Positions 13,061 to 25,807 of a DNA stretch of 64,000 bases are shown piece by piece (the stretch's first letter is position 1; each line of letters opens with the position of its first letter). This DNA comes from Paragordius varius. Its lineage: Eukaryota; Animalia; Nematomorpha. The stretch spans positions 5,828,001-5,892,000 of the forward strand of contig OZ176051.1 of the NCBI GenBank assembly GCA_964247055.1, given 5' to 3'. The position numbers were made by a program, and so were the translations under genes. Under the pieces are notes generated by a model. It saw only the letters and a list, made by a program, of their open reading frames with translations. It was not told where the DNA came from and searched no databases.

Positions 13061-14011
13061 GTTTAAGGCGTTTAGATTATGCACTTCTGCCCTTTTGGAG
13101 TAGTTTTTTATCCCATATTGATATGAAATTCGAATATTGTAAAAAATATTTAAGATATAAGGCCAATTTTTTATGCTATTTTTAGCCTTTTAGGTCAATA
13201 ATAGAAATTCTCTTTTTAGAAAAATTAAATTTGAAAGAATGTTAGCTCAATTTCTTTCCCATTTTTTCTCTTTATTTTTTTAAATCGCTAATACAATAAG
13301 CAAATAAATGTATATTATGGTTAAAAAATATAAATAATTTAGTAAGATTCAATCGTGTTATGGGGCTGTCCCAATTTTAGGTTTTAATCGTTATACAAGA
13401 GAATTGATTAAATTTTTAACAAAATAACTTATATAACTGTAGTGTTTTTTTCAAAATGACCTCTGGGATATAAAAATACCCCAATATGTAAAATAGGACA
13501 AAAAGGGAAAAGGTAATGAAGTGTTAGTAGTCAAATTTCAAGTAAAATACTCTCAAAACAGTCGATTATTAAGATTGAGCTCTGGGATAACTCCCCCAAT
13601 GTGCCATCGCGGACATAAAAGTGAAAAAGCCATGAATACTAAATTGGATTTCGTAGAGTACTATAAATTTTATTATAAAAAATTGTCAATCATACATTTA
13701 CCGTAAACATGATTGTATAAATTTTTTTATTAAAGGTTCCCCTGAGGCGTGTAAAAGCGTAGGAAGGCGGTAAGGGTGTCCTGTGAGGACAGTGACGGTG
13801 AAGAGCAAGCTTGTCACCTTTTCTCTATACCTGGATAATAACTTCTTGATTTTAAGAATGTAGGATAATCTGATTTTCTTCCGATTTCCCCATCAAAATA
13901 AACGAAATAAAAATAAATAGAATTATCGTGGTTTTAGCCCTTTTTCTGTGCTATGAGTGAAGTATAATAAATATTGATTTTTATTGTCATTTTTTAATTG
14001 TGCGGAGAATT

Positions 14012-14591
14012 TTAACACTTCGATTCAAATTGGGGTATCTAAATACCCCATACTAAATTTGACTTAGGATTTTTAAAAAACTACTGAAGGAAACGGTCCT
14101 AATTTAAATTTATGCTTCTATCCTAATAAAAATTATATAAATATACCAAAATATCAAAATAAAATTTTGTTTTTAAAAAAAACGTTCCATGTCAAATTAC
14201 TTCGACGCCATTTTTATTTTACAAAATTTTTACAAAATATCGTCTTCATTTAATAAAGGTAAAATTCAAGCTAATTTTTTATTTAGATTACATCTAACAT
14301 TGATAGAAATAGAAAAAGCGTTTAGTTTGTATTATTTTTAAATTTTATCATTGCACGCATGTCAGGTTGACTAAATTTTTACGTTTCGGCTTAAAATAAG
14401 TAATATCAAGTATTTTTAAAAAAATTTTTTATATATTTCGGTTTATCAATGTTATATAAGTGCAAGATTTTGCCATGGTTTCGATTCCCTCCATATTTTC
14501 TAAAAAATTTAATTTTAAACAGGCCTGGGGTATTTAAATACCCCAATTAGAATCGAAGGACTAAAATGAATGTGTTGTATCCAAGTGTTAA
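14012..14591 (+). mobile_element. piggyBac-like TTAA MITE (family P)
   Basis: TTAA-CACTTCGATTCAAATTGGGGTATC ... TGTTGTATCCAAGTG-TTAA; six copies in the window. Confidence 0.85.
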
Positions 14592-15077
14592 GATATAAAA
14601 TTGACGCGCGAAGCCATTAATATTTTACAAAAAAAACGGATTTATTCTATTTTAATTAGCGAATGTATTACATGTAATGTTCGCTATATTATAAGCATTC
14701 TAAAAATAAATGAAATTTTCATTTAATTTGGCTAATCTATGTTATTAGGAGCAAATATTTTCAATGGTAATTTATTCCATGGGCCTGAGGTCGCCTGCGA
14801 CCCCTTTGAATCGAAGTATAGAAAAGGTGTTGTATGCAAGTGAAAGGCTTCATTGCGTCAAATTTCTCAAAAATGTTAGAAATATAAGCTTTTTTAAGGA
14901 GCAATAAAAAATGTTTGAGAATACAACATTCAAGGCAGTGGTTTGTTTTTATTTAAGGACTGCCCCAAGATATAATCGCCATTAAATGAAAAGGTAAATA
15001 ATTGTTAAATTGAACTCTATCCTAGTAATTATATCGTATGTTGCTTTAGCAGGTGTGTTAAGAGTGTATGGCAAATC

Positions 15078-16641
15078 ATGGGCTATCTGTTCAAAAATTT
15101 GAGAAAATTCACAACGGTAGTCGATGAGGGACCCATTCGAAAAATCAGATTAAGCGGTCCAAAAAAGTATATAAAATGTTATTTAGAAATGCCTTGTCTT
15201 TTAAAATGATTGAAACTTTGCAGGATAATATCAAGCAAACCATTCAGTCAAATGTTTGTCGAGTTCTGATTCTTTCCTCAAATGATATGATTTTTTCCTC
15301 CGGACATGACCTTAAAGAATTTGAGTATATGTTTATAAAAACGAAGTGTTGAGCCAACTAAAATATTTTCATCCCTGGTTGAATTGCAAAATCTTATGCA
15401 AAATGCCCCCTTACCAATTATAGGACAAATAAAGGGTGTTTTTTTATCGTTTTATTCAATGTTTTGTAAGGACCGTTACTCATATTATCGAAAAATATAT
15501 CTTATCAAAATATTTAGTTTTTTCCTGGGAATTTTAAATGTCCAAATGCTAAGGCTAGTTTTATCATAATTTTAGGCACAAACTTAGTATACTAAACACT
15601 TGGATTAAATAACAAATATTTGCTTTACCCTGTTATTTTATCTAATTTTACTTACTAAGGCTAAAATAATCGTCTTTTGATTATAAACGTGGAATTAAAC
15701 CATATAAGTCAAATAGATATAAAGAACGCGCTAAACATCAGATTACAAAAATAAATTGCATTTTTATAACAAATTTTAGGCCATGCTATTGCTGCAGGGT
15801 GTCAATTAATATGTTCGTGTGTTTTGATAACAGCTTCTCATAGTGCAAAATTTTCAACTCCAGGTATTAAAAACGGTATATTTTGTTCCACGCCTGGGAC
15901 GGCTTTAATACATTCAGTTAATATGCCCCTCAAAATTTGTGCTAAAATGTTGTTTACTGGAGAACCTATATCAGCTAATGGTATATATATACATAAATTT
16001 AAAAAATTTTTTTGGTAAAAAAAGTTTTGACATTTAAAAATATTAAAAATTATATGATGGAAAAAAATATGTATGTTAAAATAGTATTTTTGCCATTTCC
16101 GATTTATGCGTTTAGCGGTTAAAGATAGAAAAAAATGGAAAGAAATAGTTAAAACTATATCCAAAAAGTCGTTTACGACTTAGGAAAAACCAACCAACCA
16201 AAGTATATCATATTTTCGAAAATTATTATCCTTCCATTAATTTTAACTAATTTTTGTTATTTTTAGAGGCATACCAATACGGTATGGTTTCCCAACTGTT
16301 TGATGATAATGAACTGGAAAAGGGTACATTAGCATTGGCTCAAAAAATAAGTTCTTATAGCAAGGAAGTTATTGCTCTGGGAAAACAATGTCTTTACAAA
16401 CAAATAAATTTAAATCGGTACTTATATTAAATATCATAATCATATTAATAAAAAATGTATTGAGTTTTTATTTTCACAATCTTTTTTATTTTTTTTTAAC
16501 TAAATGTATATCTTTGTCACAATAATTACAAACGATGCCTTTGAATATGCCAAGAATGTTATGGTTGAAAATACAAAACTTACAGATGCCAAGGAAGGTA
16601 TAAAGGCTTTTCTTCAAAAAAGGCCCCCAACATGGACCTAA
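15078..16641 (+). CDS. ECHDC3: Enoyl-CoA hydratase domain-containing protein 3-like (mitochondrial crotonase)
   Basis: Exons 15078-15166, 15187-15324, 15347-15435, 15780-15980, 16267-16417, 16530-16641. Motifs FSSGHDLKE, AIAAGCQL, FSTPG...GIFCSTPG, KMLFTGEPISA, EGIKAFLQKRPPTW*. The last acceptor is non-canonical. Confidence 0.9.
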
Positions 16642-16969
16642 TACGAAAATTTTAGAGAAATTATATAGAAATATTAACTAATTTAAAAAGTTTTTATTTT
16701 AATATTTTTTTAACGCAAATAAATTTGTAATCTGAATTTTGGGATATTAGGTGGTTGAAATAATTTTTTATTTATCTACTAAAATCTGAAAAAAATGGAT
16801 TTTAATAATATACCCCAATTAAGTATACGAATATTCTTTTAAATTTTTAACGCATAAAATTATTTATATAAAAATTTCTGCTAGCTACGATATATACGTA
16901 TTTAGTCCATTTTCACCTTTAACAATAGAGCTGTGATGCACATTTGTTTTAAAAAGGACTTTTGAATCT

Positions 16970-17483
16970 TTTATTTGCACTTCAAGAGTGTTCTTCACTT
17001 CAAGTTGGTCCTTGAACACTTCGAGTTAGTCCTTTGACTTTTTTATTTTTATCAATCAAATTATGTCATTCATTTATTTAACGTTTAACCTATTTTCTAT
17101 AAGTTAACATAAATTTTAAATCAATATCAACTTTTAGTCATTCAGAAACCGTATATCTTTATTATCTTAAAATTATTATGGATATTTATAAGGTTTTAAC
17201 ACGTAATTAAAAAATAAATAAGTTTTCTGGGTCATTAACAATTTATCATTGAAAACATCTTAGTAATTTTGTTAAATTGGAAAAAAATTACGATGAAACA
17301 AAAAAGTGGTTTTTGAATAAAAAAAATTTATTTTTAAATGAATAAATATATAATAAAGAAAAAAAATTAGGTTTATAAATAATAAAATAGAAAAATAAAT
17401 GCAAAATTTACGGTCAAATCAAAATTTAAAAATTTAAGGACCAACTTGAAGTGTTCAAGGACACTTTTAAAGAATTAATGGTA
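16970..17483. mobile_element. Degenerate family B foldback MITE
   Basis: ATTTGCACTTCAAGAGTG...; right end AAGGACCAACTTGAAGTGTTCAAGGACAC; internal sequence colinear with 1635-2060. Confidence 0.75.
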
Positions 17484-18643
17484 AAACAATTTTTATTAAA
17501 ATGTAATGTAGCTTGGTAAAAATATGGCACATATTTGTATTAATCAAATTGTTAATTGAGTCTTTATAGTCTCCGCTAAAAAAAATGGCGATTATAATTT
17601 CCCAACACGATATAGATTGCTGATCTATGTAAAATATAAAATATGGCTTTAAAACAATTATAAAGAAAATGTAGAGTCTATTAATATAATTATGGTCGCA
17701 GTATTTGATTTATGCCTGCTCAGACGAAATTAAAGTTTATGGCGAGAATGTTTTTGAAAGATTAATAATCATTGGAAGTTTTATTTTCATAAATTATATT
17801 TTAATACATAAGATTATCAATGTTCTATAAATAAATAATCTACTATATTTTTTATTATTTTTGCTTAAAATATATATTTATTATCGCAACTTTACACCGA
17901 GATGAAGCCGTCACATGGTAAAGTTAGTACTTGATTATAACTTAAATATCTTTTAGATTAATGGCTATTATCCTAATAATTTGGGACTAGAAAAATGGGC
18001 AATGTGTTTAATAGGCAATGGTCAGGTAAGTTTGTCTTCATGTCCACAAAGTTTATAAGACATACGAAATTATATTAGGATCTTAATGACCAATATTAAA
18101 ACTTTTAAGAATCATCCTAGAAGCTCGAATCAACATTATGCACAATATGTTCCTCTAGTTCGACAAGGCTAGGTAAATTAAAGTCATCGGTATAAGGAAA
18201 AGAGTTGAGTATAGCCTTAATATTGGATCGTACAGGTGATCGTTTGAGGCGTCTACATTTTATGGGTTTGAATCTTTTAATTATAAAGAATTATATCTAT
18301 TATAGGATAACAATTATTTTTTGGTTTTTTTGGTTAAATCATGCCTAATCGCATCGATGAATTTCTTTATTAACATTAATATCAGTATCAGGGGTGAAAC
18401 GAGGTCATTCTAATTTGATAGTTTCAGTCTGCATAAGAAACCCCTATCCCCTTGCCTTCAAGGGTCATTGATTAAAAGTTTGTTTTAATCTAAAAAATAA
18501 AATTTAATTTAAATTTTTATTTAATTTTTTCATTATCTTGAAGATTATCTTTTAATATCATGTCTTTGTGATTTTTTATTAAAATAATTTTTATTAAGAA
18601 AAAATATTACAATTTTAATATAATCAATAAACTAAGTATTTTA

Positions 18644-19194
18644 TTAACACTTATTGGGGTATCCTATTGATTAAAGTTGTTTTATTAAAAAAATACTGAA
18701 AGAAACAATCCCAATTTAAATTTATGCTCCTTATAAAAATTATTTAAATAAGGCAAAATATCTAAATAAAATTTCGTTTTGAAAAAAAGTTCTATGTCAA
18801 ACTACTTTGACGTCATTTTTATTTTGCAAAATTTTTGCGAAATATCATCATCATGTAATTTATCAAGGTAAAATTAAAGCTAATCTTTAATTAAATCATA
18901 TCTAACATTGATAGCAATAGAAAAAGTGGTTTATTTTTAATATTTTCAATTTTATTATTGCAGACATGTTACGGTGACTAAATTTTTATCTTTGGGTTTT
19001 AGATAAGTAAAATCAAGTATTTTTGAATAAAATCTTTTAATATTTCGGTTTATTAATTTATAAGTGCAAAATTTTGCCATGGTTTCGATTCCTTCCATAT
19101 TTTTTAAAGAATTTAATTTTAACCTGGCCTGGGGTATCCAACTACCCCATTATAATTGAAAGACTAAAATAAATGTATTGTATCCAAGTGTTAA
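18644..19194 (+). mobile_element. Family P MITE (diverged)
   Basis: TTAACACTT...ATTGGGGTATCC and TGTATCCAAGTGTTAA ends; internal homology to 14012-14591. Confidence 0.8.
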
Positions 19195-19351
19195 TAATTA
19201 TAAAATTATATTAGTAATTTAACTTTGATGAGAGGTTTTTGGGAAAAAATGGTTATACAGTAGCATATGGTAGGGAAAAGGTGAAAATCAACAAGTTTTT
19301 TAAATAAATTCACATTTATGCATATTTATGAATATTTTCTTTACCATATAC

Positions 19352-21466
19352 TAATGTGACCAGATATTTTGAACTTGAACGCAGTACAAAATAAAAACAT
19401 ACTTTGCCTGTTTTTACACCATAGATTGGTAATTACACAGTTTCTACAAAAAAATATCCTGATGAAATATATATATTCTGATAGGAAAATATGAGGATTA
19501 TCATGGTGCTTTTGATTTTAACCATTACGAGTTATTAAAGAAAGTTATTTACGCTTTTGTGGTAGGTGCTCCGTTTAAAATTGCAAAAGGTGCGCAATTT
19601 TTTTTAAATACATTTTTTGGTGAAAGCTAAATGTTTCATTTCAAAAATATCACTAAAATATAACATAAACTACATATAAAAAGCAAAAAAATTTTCAAAA
19701 ATTTTAAATTTTTAGATGTGAGCTCTGAAAGTCCCAAATTTTTTGGCTCTTTTAAAATGGACAGTTCTCTTAAAATAAACGCAAAAAATCCGGCATTGTG
19801 CAATTTTAAATATTTACTAAATTTTGATATCAACTAAATATATTTTTTAAAAAATCACACTTTCAAAAATTTAATTTTTAACAAATTTCAATCAAGCGTA
19901 CTTCATATTATTTTTAACATGATGGGAACGATATAAACGGATGAGGTGTTATAACATTTTATAATTCGATAATGCTGATTCTCAATCGAAATTTTGATTA
20001 GAATATTCGTTAGTTTTAAAATTTATGTTCAATAAAAATTGTGTTTTATTAAAAAAATTACCAAAATTTGCAAGCAAAACCTTTAAATTAAAAATCTGAA
20101 CCTATAGTAATGTTCAGCATCATCGAATTTTTTAGAAAAAGGGATTTATTATATCTTAAAGCGTTATACCATTTCCATCATGCTGCAAAATCGATAGAAG
20201 TACGCTTCAACAAAATATCTCAAATTTGTTTATGCAAAAAATAAGAAGACTAAGAAAAATTAAAGTGTAGGAAAAAAACTATGTAATATCATACCTCCCA
20301 CCTAATGGGTATAGAAAACGTAAAAACTCTAAATTATTTAACACTTCGATTCAAATTGGGGTATCTAAATACCCTAGACAAATTTTAAATTAATATTTTT
20401 AAAAAACTACTGAAGGAAACGGTCCCAATTTAAATTTATGCTTCTATCCTAATAAAAATTATATAAATATGCCAAAATATCTTGATAAAATTGTGTTTTG
20501 AAAAAAAAAGCTTCATGTCAAACTACTTAGTCGCCATTTTTATTTTACAAAATTTTTGCAAAATATCGTCTTCATTTAATTTTAAGGGTAAAATTAAAGC
20601 TAATTTTTTATTTAAATTACATCTAACATTGATAGCGATACAAAAAGCGGTTTATTTTGTATTATTTATTAATTTCACCATTTCGCACATGTCACGTTGA
20701 CGAAATTTTTACCTTTAGGTTTTAGCTCTAAATAAGTAATATCAAGTATTTTTAAATAAAATTTTTTATATAATTCGGTTTATTAATGTTACATAAGTGC
20801 ATTTGCCATGGTTTTGATTTCTTCCATACTTTTTAAAGTATTATATTTTAAACACTGGGGTATTTAGCTACCCCAATTTGAATCGAAGGACTAAAATGAG
20901 TGTGTTGTATCCAAGTGTTAATAGAAAAAATGTTATTTCGAAGCATATGACATATATAATAAATTTATATGATATGTTACGGGAATAACGAATTTTTATA
21001 TAATATTTCGTTTGATAATTGTAACAAATAATGAACTTTCTAAACTTGATCAAACATTTATTAAAATATTATTAATTGTGTTAATTTTAAATTTTGAGGT
21101 ACATATTTTTGCAGATACCCTGAGTGAAATAGCCATTAGCCTGAATCTTGAGTTCGAGATTTATAGTTTCGCCACAGCGCGAAAGGCTGCAATCTTAAGT
21201 TTTATGTAAAATTCGAGCAGAAAATAAAATATTAACCAATCAAAAATATGCCAATAGTTTTTTTAACGCAAAATGAATCATTTTATAAATTAAGGGGTTA
21301 TAAGTCTAAAATTATTTTTTTAAATAAATAAATGGTAATATATATTTATAAAAAACTAAATTTTTTTTATTTCAAAAAGCAGTACAAAAGTGGGCGCAGT
21401 ACAGGAGCAGTTTTTTTCTGAAAACCCAGTACTGTACTGCGAAAAACAGCCTATCTGGTCACATTA
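19352..21466. mobile_element. Family A element (second copy) containing a nested family P MITE
   Basis: Same 15-bp TIR; perfect 8-bp TSD CCATATAC at 19344-19351 and 21467-21474. Confidence 0.9.
20338..20921 (+). mobile_element. Family P MITE nested in family A
   Basis: TTAA at both ends; the paralogous position in the 6053-7464 copy has a single TTAA (empty site). Confidence 0.9.
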
Positions 21467-21570
21467 CCATATACTACTGTTAAAATTTGTTTGATTTTGA
21501 AATGGGGAAGGACCCGTGTTTTTAGCGAGGTGTAATCGATATATTATCATTATCGGTTTTCTTTTTTATA

Positions 21571-22690
21571 TAACACTAGACAACAAATTTTTCTGCCACT
21601 CAAGTTTTTTGCATTTTTTGGTATTTAATATCATTTTAACAGTAAATCTGAAATAAAAATTATAACTCGTTGGAGGAATTTTGTATAATTTGATTTTTTT
21701 GTTTATGCGCCCTCTTTATCAAAATTTTACTAAAAAATGTTTTTCTTTGAAATATACAAGTAATGCCCATTTGTAATATATCATTCGAAAGAGTATTAAA
21801 AACTCTATAAAATGTCTAACATGTATTACATCGACAGTTAATATTGGACACAAAGAGCGACAAACGCGCGAAGCGAGAGCATTTTTTTTTAATTATTATA
21901 TTTTTAAAACTAATAGATGAAAATAGCTCAAACTTTGTTTAGATGGAGATGAATGTCCAAAAAAGATAACACAAGAAAGTTTTTTTTGATTAAAACATTT
22001 TTTATTGCTTTTATATCACTCAAAACAGCCATTTTTAAGTTTTTTGTTTTTTTAAAATTACCATCTCATCAATATCAATTTATTTTCTTTACAAGGCTGA
22101 TAATTTCGAAAATTTAAAGCTAAAAACAAAGTTTAAGGTATTTTTGATCTTTTATAGCCATTATGTAATAAATTTACAGTTATAACTATGCATTTTAGTA
22201 TCCACTAGGAAAAATATTTATGATAATAATAATTTTTATTAAAAAGCAAACCAAAAGTTTTTCCAAACATTTTTTTAAATTAAATACTAATATAACCCTA
22301 ATAATTATATTAAAATAATTTATATGATTTTCAAATTAGTTTGTCTGTGAAAATTCTTGACTTATTTAAGGATTGAAAATTTTGACCATTTAAATCCAAA
22401 AAACTTTTACATCCAATTGAATGACTTACTACCATTTAAAAGATGCGGTTTTTTGCGCTCTTTCGAATGATATAAAATACATGGCTTCATATCTAAAACT
22501 TTAAATTTTCAAAATTATGAGTTTAATGTTAAATAGGGGCAAAAAATTATCGATAAACTCTTATAAAAAAATTCTTCCATGTAAGACCAATTTTCTTTTC
22601 AGATATACTAATTATGTACTTTAATGAAATAAATTTTAAATTCACAAGAATGGCAGTTAAAAAAAAGTTAAAATTTGTTGTCTAGAGTAA
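21571..22690. mobile_element. 1.1-kb non-autonomous element (family C), possibly piggyBac-like; partial second copy at ~45040-45890
   Basis: TIR CACTAGACAACAAATTTT / AAATTTGTTGTCTAGAG; internal sequence (GCGCCC...ACGCGCGAAGCGAGAGC...) homologous to 45040-45890. Confidence 0.65.
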
Positions 22691-23060
22691 GCGGTGACGG
22701 GACTCTCATCGTAGGCTTTAACTATTGATGGGTTTCAATTAAGGATTCTTTTGATTTTGTTTTAGTAGTATGTGGATCCCTATAATCATTTGATTGATAA
22801 GAGAAGAATAAATAAAATACTCTTATTGTGAACGGGATATTGGATAAGGTTGAGATTATACTTTAGACCAGGGTTAATTATGTTTATTTATTTGATAAAA
22901 TTTAGTAATTATTTGACAGTTTTTGGTGTTGTTTTTTAATATATATATATATTTTTATTTACGTTTTAAAACACGTTTGAACACCCCTATAAATAATATG
23001 ATTTGGTAAAATAGAATGTAGAAACATTCATTCACGCGATAGTATTTGAAAATTTGTGTT

Positions 23061-25767
23061 ATGAAATCTCAAATTTATTTAAATAGTTTAAAATATTTTG
23101 ATCACACTTTCTCAAAAATCATATCTGTTACGCATAATAAAAAAGATTATTTGATCGCGTCTACTCAGGATTATAAACAAGTATTAAATTTCGTTTCATT
23201 GCATAATATATATTTATTTAGACCAACAAAATATTATTTTATACATTTGAACAAGATGAAAACGGATATGAATATTTGTTAGCACAAAAATTTATTTTAA
23301 AAGGCGCTATATGTGATATGGTACATTATATATAATCCATAGGTGTTTACTAACTTGGGATTTTTATGTGTGTCTACTAGCCTTGCCACCCTATATGTTT
23401 ACCAAATTGTGGATGAAACAGTGTGCTTTTTTTAAAAAATATACTGATAAAAACTTTAATTTATCGTTTTCAATAAAATCTGGTTTGGGAATTACTTTAA
23501 ATATTTGAGTATAAGTTTAAATGAATGCTATTATTGTTCCTTACATTTTTTATTTATTTTACTTAATTTTTAATCTATGCTTATTTACAATATATTCGAT
23601 AATCTAATGATATATGATTAATTTTAAAATATACCCTTGTATTGTACATTTTTATTTTAGTTGATTGTTTTTCGTGATCATTATGACATCAATGATATTG
23701 TTAGAAGCAAGTAATAATAAAATTATAATTTATAATTTGCAAACCATTCATCTAAATTATATATTACCTACTTCCATATAAACTTTGATTAATTATTATA
23801 TAAATTTTGAAAGAGCCCAGATTATAAAATAATCATCTGCATTATTTTGTCCCAAATCAATTATTTATATCCATTACCAATAGTTTCCCAATTTATTAAT
23901 ATATTAAAATAACAAAATAAGGTGTAATTATGACTTTTATTTTCAACTATTTTACAACTAACCGTATGTATTAAAATATTCTTCGGGCTTTTTAGAACTA
24001 TCATAAACTCCCAAAATCATGCAAAACCAATCATTATATATTATCCTTTGGCTTGTTACCAAACCAATAGCTTTGAAGCTCAAAAGATATTAGTTGGGAC
24101 GGGCAAACATATTGCATCTATTGATCTTAATAAGCAAACTGTTGATCATGTCTATGGTTAGTTTAATTTTTTTGAATATTTATTAAAATGTTGATAACGT
24201 TGAGTATTTTTTAAGAGGTTTCTAAAAGGGGGTTTAAGAAATCTAGATGGGGCTCGAAAAATTTTGAGAAACGAATTTAAATTAATGTTAAACCTAATGT
24301 GTATTATTATTCAATAATTGGATTATTTAATATTAATAATTTAAATAAAGTTATAGTAAATCATTGTTAACTTGTTGAATTCCATATTGTAACTAATTAT
24401 TTATTTTACTAGTTCTTCCTAAATATTATATGAGGTAGAATCTCAGGTGTAAATCATAATTGCCCCTATAAAAAAATTTACAAATTACAGATAAAAGGAT
24501 ATCATTGATTGTGATTATAATACTAATTAAATTGTGCATTTTTATTTCAGTATATTTTGGAATGGTGGGGGGGGAAAGGGGGACAAGAATATATTTTTTA
24601 ATTTGGTGGGGTGTGAACAAAGATAATCACTTGTTTAAGTGGTCTCTGCATTCAATGATACTATATATATATTTTATTAGTTAATAATATGGATTAACCA
24701 TATGCTATAAAAATTGGTAAAAAAATTTAATCCGTAATTATATATTTTAGGGTAGATATATATTTTGTTTAGGACCCAAAATGACTCCGTTTATTAAACA
24801 GTAAAACCAATTTTCATGTTTTTAACGGTTTAAAAACTATTACTAGTGATAACCAATTTTTTATAACTACTAAAAATATATGCTGTTTCTTTTATTAAAG
24901 AAAATATTATGTCTTTAACTTATAGAAAATGTTTCTCCTACCTCTACCATTACCGTACTGCGCACAATCGAATTTGGGGGACAACTTGCTTGTTTGCTAG
25001 CAGATTATACGGGAACAATCAGGCTTATTGATTTAAAAGAAAATATGGCTCAAAAAGAAAACGTAGGAACAAACTTTAGGACGAAAAGACTTAGGTTTTT
25101 CTAACATTCTTTATTATAAAGTTATATTTTTGTAAATTATTATATAAAATTGCTTGGCATGGAATCCTTTTATTTAGCAAATTATTAAATTATATTGTAA
25201 AATCGATTTTTTTTATAATTCTCTTTTCGCCTTATTTTTATCTTTTTAATCAACCGAGTTTTGTAAGATCCTCTCCACTATTTTAATTATTATTTAAAGG
25301 GTGTTTGTCATTCATTTAAAACTATAATTAAAAATATTTGTCTTGATTGAATTCGTCCCTGGATTCGGTAAAATCTCCAGAAAATTTTTGAGTAAAACTT
25401 GAATTTTTGCCCATGTTTATGTAATTGTTTAAAATTTTTAATTAACAGTACAGGTGATTTTTGGAGCGCAAGTTGTATCGAAACTTATCCAACGAATGGA
25501 CAACAATTTGTCACCGGTCATGTTAATGGTTCAATACATTTTTGGGATTTAAGGAGGAATGATTCACCATTGCAATCTATAGAAGATCAACATGATGCAT
25601 TTGGTATTATAGATATTTGAGGCTTATTTTGTCATACAATTTTATATTATTATGTTTTAATTATAATAAGTCAATCTGATTTTTTTTCAAGTATATAAAA
25701 TAAAATTTAAAGATTACTAATATACCACTTGTAATTTTTTGGCACAGTACTTTAAGAAATTAGAATC

Positions 25768-25807
<40 letters not shown>

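Larger units (their letters stand above)
19256..21482. mobile_element. ~120-bp TACAGTAG-type MITE split by the family A element
   Basis: Left TACAGTAGCATATGGTAGGGAAAA; reconstructed right end TTTTCTTTACCATATACTACTGTTA after removing 19352-21466 and one TSD. Confidence 0.6.

Noticed and set aside
14476-14492. GGTTTCGATTCC as a tRNA T-loop or Pol III B-box
   Set aside because: It is internal to every family P MITE copy, with no cloverleaf or A-box.
15838-16164. Minus-strand ORF 15838-16164 and similar antisense ORFs (9585-9890, 29.5-43 kb minus, 51280-52357 plus)
   Set aside because: Shadow ORFs opposite real exons or the transposase.
22848-22875. AGATTATACTTT resembling the 5' end of U3 snoRNA
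   Set aside because: Only ~12 nt match; no box A continuation or B/C/D boxes; expected by chance in AT-rich DNA.
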